A stretch of DNA of 64,000 nt, taken from positions 736,001 to 800,000 of the forward strand of contig CAVYGN010000001.1 in the NCBI GenBank assembly GCA_963768055.1. Reading direction: 5' to 3'. How positions within the stretch are numbered: position 1 is the stretch's first letter; each line of letters starts with the position of its first letter. Shown here in pieces: positions 58,141 through 64,000 of this stretch. The DNA comes from an uncultured Spirochaetota bacterium. Lineage in GTDB: Bacteria > Spirochaetota > Brevinematia > Brevinematales > JAOACQ01. The position numbers were made by a program, and so were the translations under genes. The notes under the pieces were generated by a model. The model was not told where the DNA came from. It did no database searches and was given only the letters and a program-made list of their open reading frames with translations.

Positions 58141-59328
58141 ATGAGAACAAAAATGGACCCTGCTGTGAAAAAAGCCATGGGCGTCATCGTGCTTTTCGGC
58201 GTCGTAAGCCTTTTCGGTGATATCGTTTATGAAGGGGCCAGAAGCGTCAACGGCCCTTTTTTAAAAACTCTCAGCGCGAACGCGGTTATGGTCGGATTTA
58301 TTGCAGGGCTGGGGGAACTTATAGGTTACGGTATCCGCCTTGTTTCAGGTTATTTTGCCGACCGGACGAGGGCTTACTGGATATTTACCTTTATCGGTTA
58401 CGGGCTTCTTATTTCAGTGCCTCTGCTTGCATTGACAGACTTCTGGCAGATGGCGGCGGTCCTTATTGTACTTGAAAGGCTTGGAAAAGCCCTGAGAGCG
58501 CCCGCAAAAGATACTATAATGTCGCAAGCGGCCAGCCGTGTCGGGCGGGGTTTCGGGTTCGGACTTCAGCAGGCGATGGACCAGATCGGCGCAATTATAG
58601 GCCCGCTTATCTTTACATTGGTTTTCTACTTTAAGGGAAGTTATAAAACCGGTTATACGATTTTGTGGATTCCATTCGTCCTTGTAATGGTCAGCGTGTT
58701 CATAGCGTTTCTTGCGCTTCCTGATCCCGGCAAACTTGAGGAAAATCAGGCCGGCCAGGCAAAAATCCCGGAAAAATTCACAAAAGTTTTCTGGTTTTAT
58801 AACCTTTTCGCTTTTTTATCGATACTCGGCTTTGTCAATTTCACTCTTCTAGGTTACCATTATAAATCGACGGGCATCCTTCCTGATGCCTATATCCCGC
58901 TATTTTATTCTGTAGCAATGGGCGTCGATGCGGTTACAGCGCTGATAATCGGAAGATTATACGACCGGAAAGGCCTTATTACTCTAATTGCTATTCCCGT
59001 AGCCTGCGCAGCGGTCCCTGTCCTTGCTTTCGCGGGGAGTCCCGGATTTGCTGTTGCGGGGGCGGTTCTCTGGGGAGTGGCGATGGGTGTTCATGACACT
59101 ATCATGAAGGCGGCTATTGCCGATCTGACACACATCAGGAAAAGGGGAACCGGTTACGGCATCTTTAATATCGGCAACGGGCTGGCATTTTTCCTTGGCA
59201 GTTCCCTGATGGGTTATCTTTATAATTTCAACGTTATCTGGATTATCATTTTCTGCGCCGCTATGGAAATATTATCTATACCGGTATTTATTCTGATGAG
59301 GAAGGAAGCGGCGAAAAGCCTGGTATGA
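58141..59328 (+). CDS. MFS transporter
   Basis: VSLFGDIVYEGARS, GYFADR, ERLGKALRAPAKD, GRLYDR. Confidence 0.88.
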   Translation: MRTKMDPAVKKAMGVIVLFGVVSLFGDIVYEGARSVNGPFLKTLSANAVMVGFIAGLGELIGYGIRLVSGYFADRTRAYWIFTFIGYGLLISVPLLALTDFWQMAAVLIVLERLGKALRAPAKDTIMSQAASRVGRGFGFGLQQAMDQIGAIIGPLIFTLVFYFKGSYKTGYTILWIPFVLVMVSVFIAFLALPDPGKLEENQAGQAKIPEKFTKVFWFYNLFAFLSILGFVNFTLLGYHYKSTGILPDAYIPLFYSVAMGVDAVTALIIGRLYDRKGLITLIAIPVACAAVPVLAFAGSPGFAVAGAVLWGVAMGVHDTIMKAAIADLTHIRKRGTGYGIFNIGNGLAFFLGSSLMGYLYNFNVIWIIIFCAAMEILSIPVFILMRKEAAKSLV

Positions 59329-59359
59329 AATTTCTAAATAATGGAGATAATTTACTTTT

Positions 59360-61516
59360 ATGGCTGAATTAAGATGGAACCCCCTTCTCAAAACATGGAC
59401 CATGGTCGCGGTAGACCGGCAGACAAGGCCGCTTATGCCGAAGGATTGGTGTCCGTTCTGCCCCGGTTCAGGCAGGGTGCCTGACGACTATGAGGTTTTA
59501 AAATACGATAACGATTTCCCTGTACTTTCCCCTAATCCCTCGAAAGTCGAAGCCCTCGATTCTTACGTTTACCAGAGGGAGGAGGCGCAGGGGAAATGCG
59601 AGGTGATTTTATATTCCCCTGACCACCGCAGGCACCTGTACCAACTGCCCATTGAGCATATAAGAAAGCTTGTAGATCTTTGGGTTGAAAGGATCGATGA
59701 AATTTCGAAAGATAGAAAAGTGCAGTATGTTTTTCCTTTTGAAAACAGGGGCGAGGAAGTGGGGGTGACAATGCCGCACCCGCATGGCCAGATATACGGA
59801 TATCCCTTTATTCCCCTCAAAATAAAAACCGAACTCGACAGTGCCAAAGAATATTATGAGAAACGGAACAAGTGTCTCATCTGCGAAATGAACGAGGAGG
59901 AATCCGAGGAAAAAAACAGAGTGGTGTTCGAAAACAGCGATTTTATTGCATATATACCGTATTTTACTGATTATCCCTACGGGGTTTTCATCGTCAGCAA
60001 GCTCCACAAGGGATCTTTATCCAATCTCGACGATAAGGAGAAGACCTCCCTGGCGCAGGCTTTGAAGGTTGTTACAGGAAGCTTCGACATGATCTTCAAC
60101 AGGCCCTTCCCGTATATGATGGCATTGCATCAGACCCCGGTAAATTCAAAGGAATATAAGGACTGTGAAAATTACTACCATTTCCATATTGAATTTTATC
60201 CTCCCCTTTACGCTAAAGACAGGCTCAAGTACAACGCCTCTTCGGAAACCGGGGCATGGGCTGCGGCAAACGTTGTCAGCGTGGCCGACACCGCCAGGCA
60301 GATGAGGACCGCCAAATTGAAATATCTTTCTAAGGGATATAACACGCTCCTGCGCAAAGAACTTATAAGAGAGTTTATAGCTCTTTACGGGGGCAGGGAG
60401 GGCGATGTTTTTGTTTTCACGGCTCCTGCCAGGGTCAATCTTATCGGGGAGCATATAGATTATAACGGAGGATTTGTGCTTCCGGTAGACCTCGATATGT
60501 ATATTAGTATGGCAATAAGAAAAAGAAAAGACGGCAGGGTAATATTCCGGGATTTGAACTACCCTGAAGCCGCGGAGGCCAGTATTTTCGAAGCGGTAAT
60601 AAAAAACAAGGAAGTCGGCTGGGCCAATTATCCTCTTGGAGTTCTTAAAGTTATGACGGAAAAGGGATACAGGATCGATACCGGTTTTGAAGTCCTTTTT
60701 TTCAGCGAAATACCCGTCGGGGCCGGGATGTCCTCTTCTGCCGCTTTCGAGCTTGTTTTTGCGTACGGGCTTTCCGAGATCTACACTCTGGGAATAAGCA
60801 AGAAAAACCTGGCTATTCTATGCCAGAAGGTTGAAAACGAATTTGTCGGAGTGGAATGCGGGATCATGGATCAATTCAGCATAGCCCTCGGCGAAAAAGG
60901 TTTTGCGATGTTCCTTAACTGCTCGACCCTGGATTACAAATATATTCCTCTTACCCTCGGTGATTACAGGATGATAATTACAAACACCAACAAACCCCAT
61001 AAACTTTTAACTTCAAAATACAACGAAAGGCTGGCTGAGTGCAAAGATGGTTTAGCCGATATCAGGAAAGTGATGAATATAGAAAATCTCTGCAGCCTGG
61101 ATTCGGAACAGTATAAAAAGGTCAGGGACTCGATTACAAGCCAGACGGTAAAAAAAAGAGTGCGTCATGTCGTCACGGAGAACGAGAGGGTAAAGCAAGC
61201 CGCCGAGGCCCTCGAAAAAAGCGACCTTAAAACATTCGGCAAGCTTATGGAAAAATCGCACTCATCCCTGAGGGACGATTACGAAGTCACGGGTATAGAG
61301 CTTGACACACTCTTTGAAAAAGCCCGAAAATTTAACGGATGTATCGGGACAAGGATGACCGGCGGAGGTTTCGGCGGGTGTACGATTAGCCTTGTACACA
61401 AGCATAAAATCGATGAATTCATGGATACTGTCGGCAAGGGTTATAAGGATGAGACGGGTATAGCCCCTTCATTTTATATCTGCGATTCGGGGGATGGCGT
61501 AAAAAGGATAGATTAA
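59360..61516 (+). CDS. galT-galK: Fused galactose-1-phosphate uridylyltransferase / galactokinase (GalT-GalK)
   Basis: GalT: ELRWNP, CPFCPG, FENRG..GVTMPHPHGQ, HFHIEFYPP. GalK: APARVNLIGEHIDYNGG, PVGAGMSSSAA, CGIMDQF, RMTGGGFGGC. Confidence 0.92.
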   Translation: MAELRWNPLLKTWTMVAVDRQTRPLMPKDWCPFCPGSGRVPDDYEVLKYDNDFPVLSPNPSKVEALDSYVYQREEAQGKCEVILYSPDHRRHLYQLPIEHIRKLVDLWVERIDEISKDRKVQYVFPFENRGEEVGVTMPHPHGQIYGYPFIPLKIKTELDSAKEYYEKRNKCLICEMNEEESEEKNRVVFENSDFIAYIPYFTDYPYGVFIVSKLHKGSLSNLDDKEKTSLAQALKVVTGSFDMIFNRPFPYMMALHQTPVNSKEYKDCENYYHFHIEFYPPLYAKDRLKYNASSETGAWAAANVVSVADTARQMRTAKLKYLSKGYNTLLRKELIREFIALYGGREGDVFVFTAPARVNLIGEHIDYNGGFVLPVDLDMYISMAIRKRKDGRVIFRDLNYPEAAEASIFEAVIKNKEVGWANYPLGVLKVMTEKGYRIDTGFEVLFFSEIPVGAGMSSSAAFELVFAYGLSEIYTLGISKKNLAILCQKVENEFVGVECGIMDQFSIALGEKGFAMFLNCSTLDYKYIPLTLGDYRMIITNTNKPHKLLTSKYNERLAECKDGLADIRKVMNIENLCSLDSEQYKKVRDSITSQTVKKRVRHVVTENERVKQAAEALEKSDLKTFGKLMEKSHSSLRDDYEVTGIELDTLFEKARKFNGCIGTRMTGGGFGGCTISLVHKHKIDEFMDTVGKGYKDETGIAPSFYICDSGDGVKRID

Positions 61517-61545
61517 GTTTCCGGCTGATGAGGAGGAGGTACCGT

Positions 61546-62004
61546 ATGGATCTTATAGTGAAAAGCGAGGCCTTCGGAGAAGGCCAGATGATCCCGGCCA
61601 GGTATTCATGCGATAGTGAAAATATTTCTCCGCCGATTGAATGGGAGAACGTCCCTGCCGGAACGGCGAGCTTTGCCTTGATCTGCGACGATCCGGACGC
61701 TCCGATGGGCACTTTTGTACACTGGGTTATTTATAACATACCGCCTGAAGCCAGAAAACTCAATGCCGGGATCCCGCGTAAAAAGGAACTTCCGGACGGC
61801 TCGAATCAAGGTTATAACAGCTTCGGCCAGACCGGCTACGGCGGGCCCTGCCCTTCGGGAGGAACTCACAGGTATTATTTCAATGTTTACGCTCTTAACT
61901 CAATGTTCAAAGCCCAACCGGATATGACAAAGGAAACACTGGTTCAGGAAATGGGACGGCATATCATTTCAAAGGGCCAGCTTATGGGCAGGTACTCAAG
62001 ATAA
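61546..62004 (+). CDS. YbhB/YbcL (PEBP) family protein
   Basis: NISPP, DDPDAP..FVHWV, YGGPCP..HRYYF. ATG 61546 follows GGAGG. Confidence 0.92.
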   Translation: MDLIVKSEAFGEGQMIPARYSCDSENISPPIEWENVPAGTASFALICDDPDAPMGTFVHWVIYNIPPEARKLNAGIPRKKELPDGSNQGYNSFGQTGYGGPCPSGGTHRYYFNVYALNSMFKAQPDMTKETLVQEMGRHIISKGQLMGRYSR

Positions 62005-63759
62005 TTTTGTGTCTTCGCCAAGGTCGAACCGGATTGAGGAACAGCCCCTGTTCAGGGCGACTGTCATCGGCAATTGTTTTGAAACAGGGCCCCAGAGCTG
62101 CCTGGGGCCAGGGCTTGAAAAATGGTCCCTTTCCGCCCAAACCCGCCTTCTGGACTCGAAAAAGCGGAACGCGGGCGACTCCACTTCGACAAGGCCCTTT
62201 CTGATGACGAATTCGCTCCTGCCATGCCTTCTTTCAATGGCCAGAAGGCCGGTAAGGGGAAGAGCGATCACCCTGCCGCCTCTGTCCAGGTTGGTAACAG
62301 AAGCTATATAACCCGTCTTACCGTCAAGTATAAGGGAACCCGCCGCAAGGCCCAGATTGAAAGTATAAGCGGCGTCAAAAAGGGTAGGCGCTCCGCAGCG
62401 GCCCTCGTATCCGAAGAAATGGCTGTTTGTCGAGAATTTGGAATCGGAGAATTTTTTATATTCGGCCTCGGTCATTTTAAGGTGCTTAACCTCGTCGGAA
62501 TGCCTTTTCATTTCTTTTAGCTTTTCTTCGACCATCTGTATCAAAAGCCTTTCTGTGGGTATTTGGGAGACCTGGAGGTTTCCATGAGAATCCCTTTCAA
62601 GAAGAAGCATCCTTTCTATTTCCTTGGGAAGAGAGGCCAACAGCTTTGCAGAATCCGGGGTCATTTTTTTATCTATAAATTCGGATTTTTCATTGAAATC
62701 GACGATTTTTTCCATATCTATGCTGAATTTTCCCATGATTTCGTTCAATTCCGATATAAGCACCTTCATCTCGGGTATGAACTCGATCAATCCTTCGGGA
62801 ATGATTACAACGCCGTGGTTTATTCCGATAGACGCCCTTTTTGCTATGATATCGCAGATCTGGTTTACTATATCCGACAAAAACATTTTTTTGGCCTCGA
62901 CCTCTTCCGAAATAAGGGTTACTGCGGGCTTGGTCTGGAGCGCTACCTCAAGGGCGACATGACTTGCTGAACGGCCCATCAGCTTTATAAAATGCCAGTA
63001 TTTATGGGAAGAGGGCGTATCCTGCAGGATATTGCCCACCATTTCCGAGTAGATCTTGGTTGCGGTGTCAAAACCGAAGGATATAGGGATGATTTCACCG
63101 ACCTGAAGGTCTCCGTCGATCGTCTTGGGAACGCCGATAACCTGGACCCCATCGTCATAAAGGATTTCGGCGAGCATGGCAGCGTTTGTGTTGGAATCGT
63201 CGCCGCCTATGACCACAATGCCTGTGAGCCTGTTGTCAAGAGCGGTTTTTTTTACCCCTGAAATTTGTTCGGGAGTTTTTATCTTTGTCCTGTCGGTACC
63301 CAGGAAATCGAATCCCCCGGTGTTAAAGATTTTGGGGATGTCTTCCTCCTTTATTTCGAAAACCGTTCCCTCGATGAGGCCCTTCGGGCCGTTTTTTATG
63401 CCGATCAGGGTATTGTTCTTTCCGATGACCTTCTTGAGGCCCGCGATTACATTATGGCCGCCCGCAGCCGGGCCGCCGGAAAAAAGAACGGCAATCCTCT
63501 TCCCCGCGGCGCAGATATTGGATTTTTCACCTTCCAGTACTTTATTTTCAGTTTGTTTTACTGTTTTTGGAAATTCCTTATTAACGTTCATCGTATCGCT
63601 TGTTCCTATAACATGTTCTGTTTTTTTAAATACCGCAGGCATAATATGCCCGTTATTTAAGAAAATTGAAGAGACCGGGACCTGGATTTTTCTTATCTCA
63701 TTTTCGAAGATTGAGCAATTGTCTTCCATTTTGATTAAATTTTGAGACAGATCGGGCAT
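61996..63759 (-). CDS. pfp: PPi-dependent phosphofructokinase (long clade)
   Basis: FSGGPAAGGHNV, NTGGFD, IGGDDSNTNA, VPKTIDGD, LMGRSASH, FFGYEGRC. ATG 63759 follows GGAGG. Confidence 0.93.
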   Translation of the reverse strand: MPDLSQNLIKMEDNCSIFENEIRKIQVPVSSIFLNNGHIMPAVFKKTEHVIGTSDTMNVNKEFPKTVKQTENKVLEGEKSNICAAGKRIAVLFSGGPAAGGHNVIAGLKKVIGKNNTLIGIKNGPKGLIEGTVFEIKEEDIPKIFNTGGFDFLGTDRTKIKTPEQISGVKKTALDNRLTGIVVIGGDDSNTNAAMLAEILYDDGVQVIGVPKTIDGDLQVGEIIPISFGFDTATKIYSEMVGNILQDTPSSHKYWHFIKLMGRSASHVALEVALQTKPAVTLISEEVEAKKMFLSDIVNQICDIIAKRASIGINHGVVIIPEGLIEFIPEMKVLISELNEIMGKFSIDMEKIVDFNEKSEFIDKKMTPDSAKLLASLPKEIERMLLLERDSHGNLQVSQIPTERLLIQMVEEKLKEMKRHSDEVKHLKMTEAEYKKFSDSKFSTNSHFFGYEGRCGAPTLFDAAYTFNLGLAAGSLILDGKTGYIASVTNLDRGGRVIALPLTGLLAIERRHGRSEFVIRKGLVEVESPAFRFFESRRRVWAERDHFSSPGPRQLWGPVSKQLPMTVALNRGCSSIRFDLGEDTKLS

Positions 63760-63876
63760 ATGATAACCTCCAAGGCATTGTAAGCTAATTATTTTAAAGG
63801 AAAATGCATGAATTTTCAAATAAACGGGCTTTATATGGGAAAATACGGGGCAATTGAAGCATTGGAGTCATTACTT

Positions 63877-64000
63877 TCAACCACGATAAGTGATCCTGTA
63901 GATCAGCCCGGCATAGTCGTCCGAAACCAGAAGGGCCCCGTCGGGCATTACGAGAACGTCCACCGGCCTGCCGAGCTTGGCGTCGCCGGCCGTAAGCCAG
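63877..64000 (-). CDS. PQQ-dependent sugar (sorbosone) dehydrogenase family, 3' end only
   Basis: My translation: WLTAGDAKLGRPVDVLVMPDGALLVSDDYAGLIYRITYRG*, the typical C-terminus of this family. Confidence 0.8.
   Translation of the reverse strand, partial: WLTAGDAKLGRPVDVLVMPDGALLVSDDYAGLIYRITYRG

Overview
64 kb of bacterial chromosome, most likely from a spirochete (inferred from the long-type PPi-phosphofructokinase and the RpoS-like sigma factor behind a sigma54 promoter; not verified). The left 14 kb is accessory: an IS3-family element with an intact -1 frameshift signal inserted in a DinB-like gene, GNATs, MFS and HD proteins, and a frameshifted beta-propeller gene. Next come a complete 2887-aa cyclic beta-1,2-glucan synthase with an upstream cyclase and sensor kinase, MerR- and MarR-controlled detox/efflux operons, and housekeeping genes (add, trmB, gatC, HU, truB, panB, purH, pfp). 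The most striking observation is a lipoprotein at 9811..10857 that looks like a clean circular permutation of a papain (C1A) cysteine protease: catalytic His/Asn come first, and the Gln/Cys segment with its propeptide is moved to the C-terminus. Other notable items are a near-consensus sigma54 promoter ahead of an RpoS-like sigma gene (Borrelia-like RpoN-RpoS cascade), an in-frame GalT-GalK fusion, a 3-copy MITE family (one copy supplies a gene's stop codon), several small palindromic repeat families and a candidate structured RNA after the HU gene. All calls are by eye from motifs; no database searches were run.
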